Shown: positions 10,884 to 20,797, numbered from the whole stretch's first letter. The stretch is 63,838 nt of DNA, filler included, from 7 parts of 7 records of this genome joined end to end with filler, not necessarily neighbours in it; one strand, 5' to 3'. The notes: a model not told the origin generated them from the sequence alone. A program made the numbers and translations.

Positions 10884-12734
10884 TCAAGCCGTGACACAGC
10901 AAGATTGAAGGCCTGCACTCAATGCATCTGCGTTCAACCCACGGCCAATGAAAATAACTTCCGACTTTCGCGCTTCATCTGAACCCCAAGCCTCAGATGA
11001 TTCCTGCACATCGAACACCTCGTGGACACTTTGGAAAATAACCTTTTTTGATGACCCTGACCCTGCCAAAATACCCTTTCCGCGGAAGCACTCGCGTTTT
11101 CTTGCAGCGGTCTGCAGGCGAACAAACAAGGCCTTTGCGTCTTCCTGATTCTGTAGCTCAAGAACAGGTCCATTCGCAACGCCAACACTGTCAGCAATTT
11201 CGCTCCCTGTCCCTTTGTTCGCAGCTTGACTCCCATCATCACTTTTCTCACCTCCGGCAGTCACTGGTTGGTTTGGCTCAGGTCGCGGGCCGTGGTTCGA
11301 AGTGCTATTTTCGTTGTTGTACCAGAGAATCTGATATCGCCGCACAGTTTCGTTACGTGTCGATGAAAAGTATTCATCACTTCCCAGAACTTCGCCAACG
11401 CGGTATTCGAGGAGTGGAAGGGGATTTTGGCTGCTACCAGCATCCTTGGTATTCACTTTTTGGACCACATATTTTCCTACTCCAATTGCCGTGTCGGCAG
11501 AACACACTTTAAGGTCACCAAGGCAAGGATATTCCCCGACTTGAGCACGAATCAAAGGTGCTGCTTCCAATGTGTTGTCCCAAAGCACACTGGCAATCCA
11601 TTCGTTGAATTTCTTTAAATCAATATCTCCCCGGCCATCGCATCGCGCAACAACTGCTTTCAACTGTAAATGCTCATGCGGTATCGGCAGTGGTGCTGGT
11701 GCTGGGCTGACAACCGCCGATTCCGCTGTCGCCGCGTCGCGTCCACCACTCTGCTCACAGGCAGTGCAGTGATCCCCATGGGCATGACTGTGGCCGGATG
11801 ACGATTCAATTTCTTGTCCACAGTGGGAGCCGTGCATCTTGTGAGCTTCCCGCTCTTTTTCTGCAACGACCAAGCCATTGTTGCGGATCAGAGCCCCGGA
11901 CACGGACTTGAAGGCAGCGTCCCCAGCGTCCACATCAAAGGCACGAACATGCAAAATTTCCTCCAAATCAATGCGGCTGTTTGTGCAAAGCAGAAGCTTC
12001 GCCATTGGATTGATGGCGGTCACAGAAGTCTTGGCAGCTCGCACACCAGCCTCGTCGACGAGGTCCCGCTTGTTGAGCAGAATGCAGTCACCATACGCAA
12101 CTTGCCAGTATGCCTCCCGAGTGTGATCGCCGACGTGACGGGCAAAGTGACGAAGGTCTACTACTGTAACGATGGCATCAAGGTATAGAGAGCTTCCAAG
12201 TGCACTGTCGAGCCAAAAGATGGAAGCGATGGGTCCAGGATTGGCCAGTCCAGTCGTTTCGATGAAAATGAAGTCAAACATCTCACGCTTCTCCATCAAC
12301 ATCTCCAGGGTGGAGACAAGGTCGTCCTTCACTGCGCAGCAAATGCACCCATTGTTGAGTTCATAAAAATCCTTCAAATCTTGCCCGCTGACACCGTTTT
12401 TGGCAATGAGGTTCTCCACCCCGATCTCTGCTCCAAACTCGTTTTCAATGACAGCAATGCGCTTGCCATGCTGGGCTGTCAGAATGTAGTTCAGGAGTGT
12501 CGTCTTCCCAGCGCCCAGAAATCCGGTGATGATTGTGACGGGGACAGGATGGGAAGCAGAGGGTTCATTCGTTTCATCAGAAGAGACTGTACCAATTGCC
12601 TTCTCCTCTTCGTCTTCTTCTTCTTCTCTTCCTGCTTCTTCTTGCTGCTGCTGCTGCTGCTGCTGAGCCTCAACCCCAGCGGCGAGTTCAGCCTCGTCCG
12701 TGAGCTCCGGAATCTCCTCATCACTGCTCGCCAT
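10884..12734 (-). CDS. COG0523/CobW-family zinc metallochaperone GTPase (ZNG1/CBWD-like), intronless
   Basis: GFLGAGKT Walker A, ENEFG, NGCICC metal motif, ETTGLANP, NKRD, His-rich linker, C-terminal CobW_C (FRGKG...FQSVHEVF...VIFIGRGL). Confidence 0.93.
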   Translation of the reverse strand: MASSDEEIPELTDEAELAAGVEAQQQQQQQQEEAGREEEEDEEEKAIGTVSSDETNEPSASHPVPVTIITGFLGAGKTTLLNYILTAQHGKRIAVIENEFGAEIGVENLIAKNGVSGQDLKDFYELNNGCICCAVKDDLVSTLEMLMEKREMFDFIFIETTGLANPGPIASIFWLDSALGSSLYLDAIVTVVDLRHFARHVGDHTREAYWQVAYGDCILLNKRDLVDEAGVRAAKTSVTAINPMAKLLLCTNSRIDLEEILHVRAFDVDAGDAAFKSVSGALIRNNGLVVAEKEREAHKMHGSHCGQEIESSSGHSHAHGDHCTACEQSGGRDAATAESAVVSPAPAPLPIPHEHLQLKAVVARCDGRGDIDLKKFNEWIASVLWDNTLEAAPLIRAQVGEYPCLGDLKVCSADTAIGVGKYVVQKVNTKDAGSSQNPLPLLEYRVGEVLGSDEYFSSTRNETVRRYQILWYNNENSTSNHGPRPEPNQPVTAGGEKSDDGSQAANKGTGSEIADSVGVANGPVLELQNQEDAKALFVRLQTAARKRECFRGKGILAGSGSSKKVIFQSVHEVFDVQESSEAWGSDEARKSEVIFIGRGLNADALSAGLQSCCVTA

Positions 12735-12986
12735 CTGTCAAGCGTTCGAATCGGTTGATTCACACAAAAGAACACGTTTCAAGACGGGGGTAAAAAAGAA
12801 TAAGAAGGAAAAGCAAAAAATGAAAAAAAGCGCTCAGAAGCAACCTACAGGACATGGCCGAACATCCAGTATTAACATGCAGACCACACGACCGCTTCGC
12901 CACCGTGAGCGAAAGGCGAGGTTTGTTCTGAGTTTGGTATGACTTGTAAGTGCGACTCAAAGAGGGAGAGGAGGCCGCATAGAAAG

Positions 12987-13051
12987 AGAGTCTCGAGAGA
13001 GAGTGAGAGAGTCTCGAGAGAAGCAAAGAGAGAAGAGAGAGAGAGAGAGAG
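12987..13051. repeat. (GA)n-rich simple repeat upstream of the CobW gene; a (CT)n tract also ends the contig at ~13313-13338
   Basis: gagagtctcgagagagagtgagaga...gagagagagagagaga and ctctctctct before the linker. Confidence 0.8.
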
Positions 13052-13438
13052 AAGGCCAACGAGTCAAAAGAAAGTGGTGCAAGCACCTTAATTAATTAAA
13101 GGGACATATTTCTATAAACTCTCTATTTTACGATTTCACATCACTATTGAATACTTCCCAGTCAAATGAAAGCTGTTTTTTTAAAGGAATTTGATTGAAA
13201 CATCTGTGAAGAGCCCTGTACATATTCCGTAAAAAGGCAGGTTTTACAGAAAGCTATGGTTAAGCAAGCTGATAGTTTAACGAACGTGAAGTCGGGTTCA
13301 ATTTTCTTTCCCTTTCTCTCTCTCTCTCTCTCTCTCTCNNNNNNNNNNNNNNNNNNNNNNNNNNNNNNNNNNNNNNNNNNNNTTAATTAATTAANNNNNN
13401 NNNNNNNNNNNNNNNNNNNNNNNNNNNNNNNNNNNNNN

Positions 13439-13961
13439 CGGTCTGTGCGGCAAGGACGGCAACATGGTCTATGCCGAAAAAGCCCACAAGACGGTGACCG
13501 ACCCCGATTCCAATATCGAGCGAGTTCTGGATCTGGGCTTTGTCGGCGAACCGGTGGAAGTCGACCGCACGCTGCTTGATCTGCTGGCAAAGTCCGAAAT
13601 GATCCCCGTTCTGGCGCCGGTGGCTCCTGGCCGGGACGGGCATACCTACAACATCAATGCCGACACCTTTGCCGGTGCCATTGCCGGCGCCGTCGAGGCA
13701 TCGCGACTGCTGTTCCTGACCGATGTGCCGGGCGTTCTGGACAAGAACAAGAAGCTGATTGACGAGCTGACTGTCAGCGAAGCCCGCGCCCTGATTGCAG
13801 ACGGCACCATTTCGGGCGGCATGATCCCGAAGGTGGAAACCTGCATCGAGGCGATCGATCGCGGCGTGAAGGGCGTGGTCATTCTCAACGGCAAGACCGC
13901 CCATGCGGTGCTGCTGGAACTGTTCACGGCCCACGGCGCGGGAACCTTGCTGGTTCCGTGA
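13439..13961 (+). CDS. argB: Acetylglutamate kinase, 5'-partial
   Basis: [32 protein letters not shown] and [10 protein letters not shown] motifs of alphaproteobacterial ArgB. Confidence 0.95.
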
Positions 13962-13979
13962 AATAAGTCAGAAAAGCGC

Positions 13980-14010
13980 TTGACCTGAACTGCACTCCAG
14001 CCGGTAGGCT
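13980..14010 (+). promoter_or_regulatory. MerR-type sigma70 promoter with 19-bp spacer and dyad operator
   Basis: TTGACC (13980-13985), 19 bp, TAGGCT (14005-14010). Imperfect dyad CTGAACTGCACTCCAG (13985-14000, 12/16 self-complementary). Lies directly upstream of a MerR gene. Confidence 0.8.
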
Positions 14011-14087
14011 TTGTCCACACTGGCAACTGGAGAACAGCTGATGGTTATATTTGAAGCCTTAGCCAAGACTGAACTTGGCGTCCCCGC

Positions 14088-14474
14088 ATGAAGATCGGCA
14101 AGCTCTCCGAGCTGAGCGGACTGAGCATCGATACCCTTCGTTATTATGAAAAGATCGGGCTGATCGACCCACCCTACCGCAAGAGCGGGCAACGGCTCTA
14201 CGATCCTGAGTCCGTACGTTGGATCGATTTTCTCAAAGCGCTCAAGGCCACGGGCATGAGCCTTGACGACATGAAGCGCTATGCGCTGATGCGGCACAAG
14301 GGCAATGCCACAGCCGCCAACCGCCGTGTCATGCTGGAAAACCAGCATGCACTGGTCCTCAAGCGGATTGAAGAGCTCAACGCCTGCGCGGCGCTGCTTG
14401 AGTACAAGATTGCCAATTATCACGAGATTGAAGCAGCGCATGAACAGCCTGCGCGAAAGGGAAATGCACAATGA
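14088..14474 (+). CDS. MerR-family transcriptional regulator (AdhR/YyaN-like)
   Basis: MKIGKLSELSGLSIDTLRYYEKIGLI HTH, R-x-Y, LKATGMSLDDMKRY, C-terminal coiled coil ending KIANY. Confidence 0.93.
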   Translation: MKIGKLSELSGLSIDTLRYYEKIGLIDPPYRKSGQRLYDPESVRWIDFLKALKATGMSLDDMKRYALMRHKGNATAANRRVMLENQHALVLKRIEELNACAALLEYKIANYHEIEAAHEQPARKGNAQ

Positions 14475-14893
14475 TCCCCGAGACCTCCTCCTCCTCACAA
14501 GCTTCGCCACAAACCGCGCTCGAGCGCGGACGCGCTATCGTCGCACAGATCAACCCGGGGCTCGAAGCAGCACTATCCGAGCGTTACGACAATCTGTTCC
14601 CCGACTTCGCCGAAACACTGGTCGAGTTCGCCTATGGCAGGCTTTATGCCCGCGACGGACTGGATCTGAAAACCCGGCAGATCGCCACGGTCGCGGCGCT
14701 GACCGCACTCGGTGGCCAGACCGGGCCGCAATTGCGCGTCAATCTCGAACACGCACTGGCAGCTGGCGCCAGCAGGCGCGAATTGCTGGAAGTGATCCTG
14801 CAGATGTCAGTCTATGGCGGCATGCCTGCGGCCATCAATGGCATGAATGTCGCCATGCAGTTGTTTGAAGATCAGGATGCGTTAACAGCCTGA
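14471..14893 (+). CDS. Carboxymuconolactone decarboxylase (CMD/AhpD-like) family protein
   Basis: FAYGRLYARDGLDLKTRQIATVAAL...GASRRELLEVILQMSVYGGMPAA. ATGA overlap with the MerR gene. Confidence 0.88.
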   Translation: MIPETSSSSQASPQTALERGRAIVAQINPGLEAALSERYDNLFPDFAETLVEFAYGRLYARDGLDLKTRQIATVAALTALGGQTGPQLRVNLEHALAAGASRRELLEVILQMSVYGGMPAAINGMNVAMQLFEDQDALTA

Positions 14894-14900
14894 TCTCCTG

Positions 14901-16235
14901 CTATCGGCAGGTTTCGCGCGCCGGATCGCACCGCGGCGCACCTGCTGATGCACCGGTCAGGCCTGTCGTCACACCCAGAATGCTGTCACCAAGGCCCTTT
15001 CCAAAACGACGGGACTGCGCATCAAACGTATCGCGTGCTTTCGGATCAATAATGGATATCGGGGCTGAAATCACCATGCCTGCGGCAGAGCCGACGGTAT
15101 TGGAAACAGACATTGCCGTGGCGCCCAGTTCGGCGCCGAGACCGAGATCCTGGTCGGTGACGGCCTGGCCGTCAATCAGCCGCTGCCCCAGCAGTTTCAC
15201 AACGTCCGGACTTTCTGCGAACTTAGAGTGGTTCAGCCGGTCTCCACCCTGCAGCGCTGAAAGATCAAGCACGGTGATTCCACTGCGCTCAAGCCCTTCG
15301 CGATAGAATGGATCGTTTATGTCGATCTGGCCGAGCCTGTCGACATTGCCGGAGATTCGGCGCGACAGGGTCAATGCGCGGTCATCCTTGGACACAAACA
15401 CGGTGAATTTTGGCCGCTTCGGCCCCATATCAGCGATTTGCTGGCGGAAGACATCAACATCAAGGTCGGGTGACGCCAGGATGACATTGCCGATCTTGGA
15501 AGGCACGCCATCGTTCCGGATCGCCATCTGGCGCAGGGATTCGATCGTCAGCCAGGTGCCCATCGAGTGCGCCAGAATGGTGATGTCCCTGATTTCCGGT
15601 GCCGCTGATGCCCCAGCCAGAAGCGCCTCAAGCGCCGAGCGGGAATAGTTGGTGCTTTCCTTGTCATAGCCGTAGTCGAAGACAGAACCACGCGACGGCC
15701 AGGTAAACATCACCGGAGTGGCGTCAGTCTTGCTGTCATGGGCAATCTGGGCAAAGCGGTAAACGGCGCTTTCATAGCGGGTATTGAAACCATGCACGAA
15801 GATCAGCAAGCGCCCGGATGGCGACTTGTTGCGCTGGTACCACGCCTTCACACCCTCGACAGAGGTAAACTGGTTTGCCGACAGTGTGGCAAACTCGCGC
15901 GACGGATCGGCTGGCAGTTTCTTCGGCCATTGCACCTCGCCGACCTTGCGTTCGGCTTCAGGCGGGATCGAGACCACAAGTTCATTGAAGTCGATCGCAT
16001 CACCGCGTTCGCCGGAGTAAAGCAGGCCCGAGTTCTCGGATGGCGCGCGTGTGGTGGCGACCAGGATCGAGATTTCCGCCGCATTCGGCGCGGTCTGGGC
16101 AACAGGTGACAGCACGCCTTCCGGCGGGCTGGCGCAGCCGGCCAGAACCAGTGCGACCAACAGGGCACCTGCCCGGGCCCTGACCGGTCCTATCGAGACC
16201 TGCAGAAACATGAAATGGGAACGCAGGGCGGGCAT
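14901..16235 (-). CDS. Alpha/beta hydrolase lipoprotein (DUF900/esterase-like)
   Basis: Lipobox LVLAGC, FVHGFNT, FTWPSRG, AHSMG nucleophile elbow, LASPDLD, NHSKF. Exact start codon uncertain. Confidence 0.85.
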   Translation of the reverse strand: MPALRSHFMFLQVSIGPVRARAGALLVALVLAGCASPPEGVLSPVAQTAPNAAEISILVATTRAPSENSGLLYSGERGDAIDFNELVVSIPPEAERKVGEVQWPKKLPADPSREFATLSANQFTSVEGVKAWYQRNKSPSGRLLIFVHGFNTRYESAVYRFAQIAHDSKTDATPVMFTWPSRGSVFDYGYDKESTNYSRSALEALLAGASAAPEIRDITILAHSMGTWLTIESLRQMAIRNDGVPSKIGNVILASPDLDVDVFRQQIADMGPKRPKFTVFVSKDDRALTLSRRISGNVDRLGQIDINDPFYREGLERSGITVLDLSALQGGDRLNHSKFAESPDVVKLLGQRLIDGQAVTDQDLGLGAELGATAMSVSNTVGSAAGMVISAPISIIDPKARDTFDAQSRRFGKGLGDSILGVTTGLTGASAGAPRCDPARETCR

Positions 16236-16303
16236 AGGCAATCCGTTCGGGAAAGAGACAATACCGGTCGCCTTTCAGGCGCGGTAATTGTCCGTCGTGC
16301 GGG

Positions 16304-17206
16304 TCAGACCAGCAGCAGAACAAGTATCCCGGCTACAATCAGAATACAGCCAAGGATCTCGAGCTTGTTGACGTGTTCCCTGAATATTAGCACTGAAGAG
16401 GCAAATGTGAAAATCATTTCAACCTGAGCCAATGCCTTGACGGCGGCAGCGGTTTGCAGGGTCATGGCCATGAACCAGCCGAACGATGCCGTGGCGCCAA
16501 CCAGGCCGACCAGTGCCGAAATTTTCCATGCGGCACGGACACGGCCCAGTTCTGCCGGCGCCCTGAACCACATCCAGACCAGCATGACTATCGACTGCAG
16601 CACGATGGCTGCGAGCAGCGTAAGAGCGGCCTGCATCATGAAATTCGGACCGTTCAGCGATAGCGACGCTCCGCGATAACTGACAGCGGCGAGGCCGAAA
16701 AAAGCGCCGGAGGCCAGCCCCAGGGCGGATGTGCGGGAGAACACCGAGCGAAGCAGCGCTGAAGTCCCCGAAGCCGAGCGGGCGACGGAGATCAGCACGA
16801 CGCCAACAAGACTGATGGCGATGGCGAGCAGAGTGCCAGCACTGAGCTGATCCCCCAGAAATATCAGACCAAACAATGCGGCCTGGGCCGGTTCGGTGCG
16901 GGAATAGGCGGTGCCGACGGTGAAATTGCGATGGCCGAACATCTGAATGAGCAATGCCTGGCCGCTGATCTGCGCCAAGGCCGCCAGAACAACCCATCCG
17001 GCAAAGGAGGGATTGGGCCGGGGAACAGGATAGCCCATGCCGAAAGCCAGGAAGCCCACGAACATCAGCGCGAACGGGACGCCGAACCCGAAGCGGACAA
17101 AGGTAGCTCCCGTGGTTCCCATCACCCCCTTGAGGTGTTTTTGCAGAACCGAGCGGATATTCTGCAAAAAGGCAGCGGCAATGGTTATGAGAACCCAGGT
17201 TTCCAT
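16304..17206 (-). CDS. EamA/DMT family transporter
   Basis: About 10 hydrophobic helices. METWVLITIAAAFLQNIRS start at 17206 (the longer ORF extension is not membrane-like). RFGFG, RNFTVGTAYSRTE. Confidence 0.88.
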   Translation of the reverse strand: METWVLITIAAAFLQNIRSVLQKHLKGVMGTTGATFVRFGFGVPFALMFVGFLAFGMGYPVPRPNPSFAGWVVLAALAQISGQALLIQMFGHRNFTVGTAYSRTEPAQAALFGLIFLGDQLSAGTLLAIAISLVGVVLISVARSASGTSALLRSVFSRTSALGLASGAFFGLAAVSYRGASLSLNGPNFMMQAALTLLAAIVLQSIVMLVWMWFRAPAELGRVRAAWKISALVGLVGATASFGWFMAMTLQTAAAVKALAQVEMIFTFASSVLIFREHVNKLEILGCILIVAGILVLLLV

Positions 17207-17467
17207 CTTGGCAAAAATGTCCTGTATCGGTGAGCAAACGCCATGTCCCGCCGTGCAAAATGAACGAAGGCGGTCGTGTCGGAGAGAAGTCAACGATCTA
17301 GCAGGATCGAGCATGTCGCGACAAGGGCAACGCAGCCCTCGTCTGGGAGCACGCGAGCCAGGCAGACCGCGCCGCGCATCAAATTGGGTGCGCGATGGTC
17401 GCTGCAACTCCCTGAAGTGACGCACATACGTTATCGTTCACATGATTACATGTGAACGCGACCTGCA

Positions 17468-18283
17468 TTACGCTGCGCGAACTGTCTCCTCCGCAATCAG
17501 AGCCTGATTTCGACCGTTGCGCTTTGCCTCATAGAGCTGGCTGTCGGCTGCACGCAGAGCTTCCTTGCTTCGCAATTGCGGACCGAACGGAGCGCCGCCG
17601 ATGCTGACTGTAACTTTCAGTTGCTTGCCATCGGCTGTCGTCAGGGAAATTCGCTCGACACTTGCGCGCAGACGCTCTGCGGTCACCACGGCATCCGACC
17701 TCCTTGCCCCGTGAAGCACGACAGCGAATTCCTCGCCACCAATGCGTGCCCCCAGATCGGTGACCCTGATCGAGCTGGAGATGGCCTGCCCAACCGCGAG
17801 CAAGGCGCGGTCTCCAGCGTCATGGCCATGATGATCGTTGATTTGCTTGAACCGGTCCGCATCGATTATCAGCAGGTAGCCCGAATCCGATTTGCGCTTG
17901 AGTTCGGACAAGCGAGCAAGAAACTTGTCCCGGTTGGCAAGGCCGGTCATGCTGTCGTGGCTCGCCCGGTGCTCGAGATCCCTGTGCGCATCCTTGAGTT
18001 TGGCATGAACCTCGAAGAGGCTTTGGTGCGCGTCGCCGAGCGCCTTGTGCGCGGCTTCAAGTTCCATTGTTTGCCGGTAGAACACAAATGTCGCACAGGG
18101 CGTGATCGCCAGCGCGCAACAGGCCGCGATCGTAAGCCCCAGGGGCAGCGCCGTGGTTCGATCGGCCATCCACATGATGAAGCCGGTGATCAGCAACGAC
18201 AAAACGACCGTGCCAATCGTCAAAAATACAATTTTTCTGATCATTGCACGCGAAACTGTCGGCAAGAAGCCGGTACTCTGCAT
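17468..18283 (-). CDS. Membrane-anchored diguanylate cyclase (GGDEF)
   Basis: Two N-terminal TM segments, coiled coil, DSMTGLANR, DADRFKQINDHHGHDAGD, RxxD I-site (RVTD) and GGEEF. Confidence 0.93.
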   Translation of the reverse strand: MQSTGFLPTVSRAMIRKIVFLTIGTVVLSLLITGFIMWMADRTTALPLGLTIAACCALAITPCATFVFYRQTMELEAAHKALGDAHQSLFEVHAKLKDAHRDLEHRASHDSMTGLANRDKFLARLSELKRKSDSGYLLIIDADRFKQINDHHGHDAGDRALLAVGQAISSSIRVTDLGARIGGEEFAVVLHGARRSDAVVTAERLRASVERISLTTADGKQLKVTVSIGGAPFGPQLRSKEALRAADSQLYEAKRNGRNQALIAEETVRAA

Positions 18284-18434
18284 CTTCAGCTTATCCTGAT
18301 ATCTGGTCGCGCGTAAAATACCGGGATAGTTTTGACAGCGGGTATACAGAGTAGGTAAACCTGCCGTTTACATCTGGCGCCTGTGTTCCATGTTGAACCA
18401 CAGCCACCATTTCCACGACAGGACAGAGGTTTTC

Positions 18435-19142
18435 ATGCCCCATAAATCGGCCTTGCCCGATCCCGCAGCCTTCGCCCATGTGAGCGAATGGGTGTTCGAT
18501 CTCGACAACACGCTTTACCCGCGTCACACCGACCTGTTTTCCCAGATCGACATAAAAATGACGGCCTATGTGCGTGATCTGCTCGACCTTGACCATGACG
18601 CCGCACGTGGCATCCAGAAGAAATATTACCGCGAGCACGGCACCACGCTGCAGGGACTGATGCTTCATCATGGCATTGACCCGAATGATTTTCTCGAGAA
18701 AGTTCACGACATCGACTACTCCTGGGTGAAACCGGATCCGGCGCTTTCAGCCGCAATCAAGGCGCTGCCGGGGCGCAAATTCATTTTCACCAACGGCGAT
18801 ACGCCGCATGCGGAGCGCACCGCGCGGGCGCTCGGGATTCTCGATCATTTCGATGACATCTTCGATATTATCGCGGCCGACCTCATGCCCAAGCCTGCGC
18901 CTGAAACCTATGACAGGTTTCTCGCCAAGCATGGCGTCCACAAGGACAAGGCGGCGATGTTCGAGGATTTGCCGCGCAACCTGCTGGCGCCACATGCGCT
19001 GGGCATGCGCACGGTGCTGATTGTGCCCAACAATGTAGATGTGGTTCTCGACGAGGTCTGGGAACACGAGGGCAAGGATGGAACCCATATCGACCATGTT
19101 ACTGATGATCTGGCTGCATTCCTGGGCCGGGTGGTTTCATGA
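18435..19142 (+). CDS. Pyrimidine 5'-nucleotidase (HAD superfamily)
   Basis: WVFDLDNTLY, YYREHGTTLQGL, FTNG, PKP, MFEDLPRNL. ATG at 18435 is preceded by an SD-like GAGG. Confidence 0.9.
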   Translation: MPHKSALPDPAAFAHVSEWVFDLDNTLYPRHTDLFSQIDIKMTAYVRDLLDLDHDAARGIQKKYYREHGTTLQGLMLHHGIDPNDFLEKVHDIDYSWVKPDPALSAAIKALPGRKFIFTNGDTPHAERTARALGILDHFDDIFDIIAADLMPKPAPETYDRFLAKHGVHKDKAAMFEDLPRNLLAPHALGMRTVLIVPNNVDVVLDEVWEHEGKDGTHIDHVTDDLAAFLGRVVS

Positions 19143-19284
19143 TGATCAGGCAGCGGACCGGACATGGCGCGCTGCCACCTTTCCAAAGTTTAATCTACAT
19201 TACAGGGCTTTAAGTGGTTTTCACGAGCTGCAGCAACCACATTGAGTGAGCACAACACGACCCCCTCGTTAAAGGAACTCACTC

Positions 19285-19887
19285 ATGAAAAAGACAATTC
19301 TCGCCACCCTCGCCGCAGCTCTGATCGCCTCCACCGCTGCACCTGCCTTTGCTGCCCAGGGCAAGGGCGATGGCCCCCGGCATGGCGGCCCGCGCATCGA
19401 GCGCCTGATGGAACGATTTGACGCCAACCAGGACGGCGCTGTCATGCTCGAGGAAGTCTCGGCACATCGTCTGGCCATGTTCGAAAGCGCCGACACCGAC
19501 AAATCCGGCTCGCTGAGCCAGGACGAGCTCAAGGCCTTCGGCGACATGCGCAAGGAAATGCGCGACCAGAACCGCGAAGAGCGCCGCGCTGAAGGCAAGG
19601 GCATGAAAGACGGCAATCGTGATGGCAAGATGGGCAAGCACGGCGAGCGTGACGGCCGCATGGCCAGCAAGCACGACGGCAAACGTCATGGTGAAGGCAA
19701 ACGCCATGATGGCGAAGGCCGGGGCGGCCCCCGCATGGAGCGCCTCGACGCCGACAAGAACGGTGAAATCAGCCTCGGGGAATTCACCTCGCTCGACACC
19801 AAGATGTTCGACCGGTTCGACCGCAATGGCGACAAGAAGATCGACGTCACCGACTTCTATCGCGGCAACGCTGCCGACAACAACTGA
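19285..19887 (+). CDS. Secreted EF-hand calcium-binding protein
   Basis: Signal peptide ending AFA. Four EF-hand-like loops (DANQDG, DTDKSG, DADKNG, DRNGDK) around a Gly/Lys/Arg/His-rich linker. AAGGA SD. Confidence 0.88.
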   Translation: MKKTILATLAAALIASTAAPAFAAQGKGDGPRHGGPRIERLMERFDANQDGAVMLEEVSAHRLAMFESADTDKSGSLSQDELKAFGDMRKEMRDQNREERRAEGKGMKDGNRDGKMGKHGERDGRMASKHDGKRHGEGKRHDGEGRGGPRMERLDADKNGEISLGEFTSLDTKMFDRFDRNGDKKIDVTDFYRGNAADNN

Positions 19888-19914
19888 TCCTTCGGGATCA
19901 TTGAACACGAGAAC

Positions 19915-19944
19915 CAGGCCGGGACGTTCCCGGCCTGTTTTTTT
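19915..19944 (+). terminator. Intrinsic terminator between the convergent EF-hand and LOG genes
   Basis: CAGGCCGGGA-cgt-TCCCGGCCTG followed by T7. A second small hairpin TGATCC-TTCG-GGATCA at 19885-19900. Confidence 0.85.
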
Positions 19945-20797
19945 ATGCCAGCGGGGCGATCTCGTGGTGCTTGGCGATGATCGACCAGGCCTCTTCCGCC
20001 GTGTCGACAAAATTGAGCAAATCGAGATCACCAGGGGAAATGGTTCCGAAATCAGCCAGCGCCTGAAAATCGACGATCGAATTCCAGAATTCCGACCCAA
20101 ACAGGATCAGCGGCACATGCTCCATGCGACCGGTCTGGATCAGGGTAAGCGATTCAAACAACTCGTCCATGGTTCCAAAGCCGCCCGGAAAAATCGCGAT
20201 GGCCTTGGCGCGCATCAGGAAATGCATCTTGCGGATGGCGAAGTAGTGAAAGTTCAGGCTGAGTTCAGGCGTGACGAATTCGTTCGGCGCCTGTTCATGC
20301 GGCAACACAACATTGAGCCCGATCGAAGCAGCACCCACATCATGTGCGCCGCGGTTGCCGGCTTCCATTACTCCGGGACCACCGCCGGTGCAGACGACAT
20401 ATTCATGACCATCTGCGGCCATCGAATGGGTTGAGCACAGCCTGGCGAAGGCGCGGGCCTCATCATAGTAGCGCGATGCGGCCGTCAGATTCTTGGCCTG
20501 AACCTCGTTCTTGGCTGCCCATGGCTCCTTGCCGGGCTCGGGAATGCGGGCGCCGCCGAACATCACCACGGTGGAGCGGATGCCTGCCTCCATGAGGATC
20601 ATCTCAGGCTTGAGCAGCTCCAGTTGCAGGCGAACCGGTCTGAGTTCATCACGACACAGGAAATCCTCGTCGGCATAGGCCAACCGGTAGGCCGGCGAGG
20701 TGCTCTGAGGGGTCTTGGGCTGGCGGTCGGCGCGCCGCTTGTCCTCGCGGCTGTCGGCCAGCGGATCCCAGGCCTGATTTGTGCGTTTGGCATTCAT
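19943..20797 (-). CDS. LOG family (TIGR00730-like Rossmann-fold) nucleotide phosphoribohydrolase
   Basis: RPVRLQLELLKPE, TGGGPGVMEAGNRGA, FHYFAIRKMHF, PGGFGTMDE. Confidence 0.92.
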   Translation of the reverse strand: MNAKRTNQAWDPLADSREDKRRADRQPKTPQSTSPAYRLAYADEDFLCRDELRPVRLQLELLKPEMILMEAGIRSTVVMFGGARIPEPGKEPWAAKNEVQAKNLTAASRYYDEARAFARLCSTHSMAADGHEYVVCTGGGPGVMEAGNRGAHDVGAASIGLNVVLPHEQAPNEFVTPELSLNFHYFAIRKMHFLMRAKAIAIFPGGFGTMDELFESLTLIQTGRMEHVPLILFGSEFWNSIVDFQALADFGTISPGDLDLLNFVDTAEEAWSIIAKHHEIAPLA

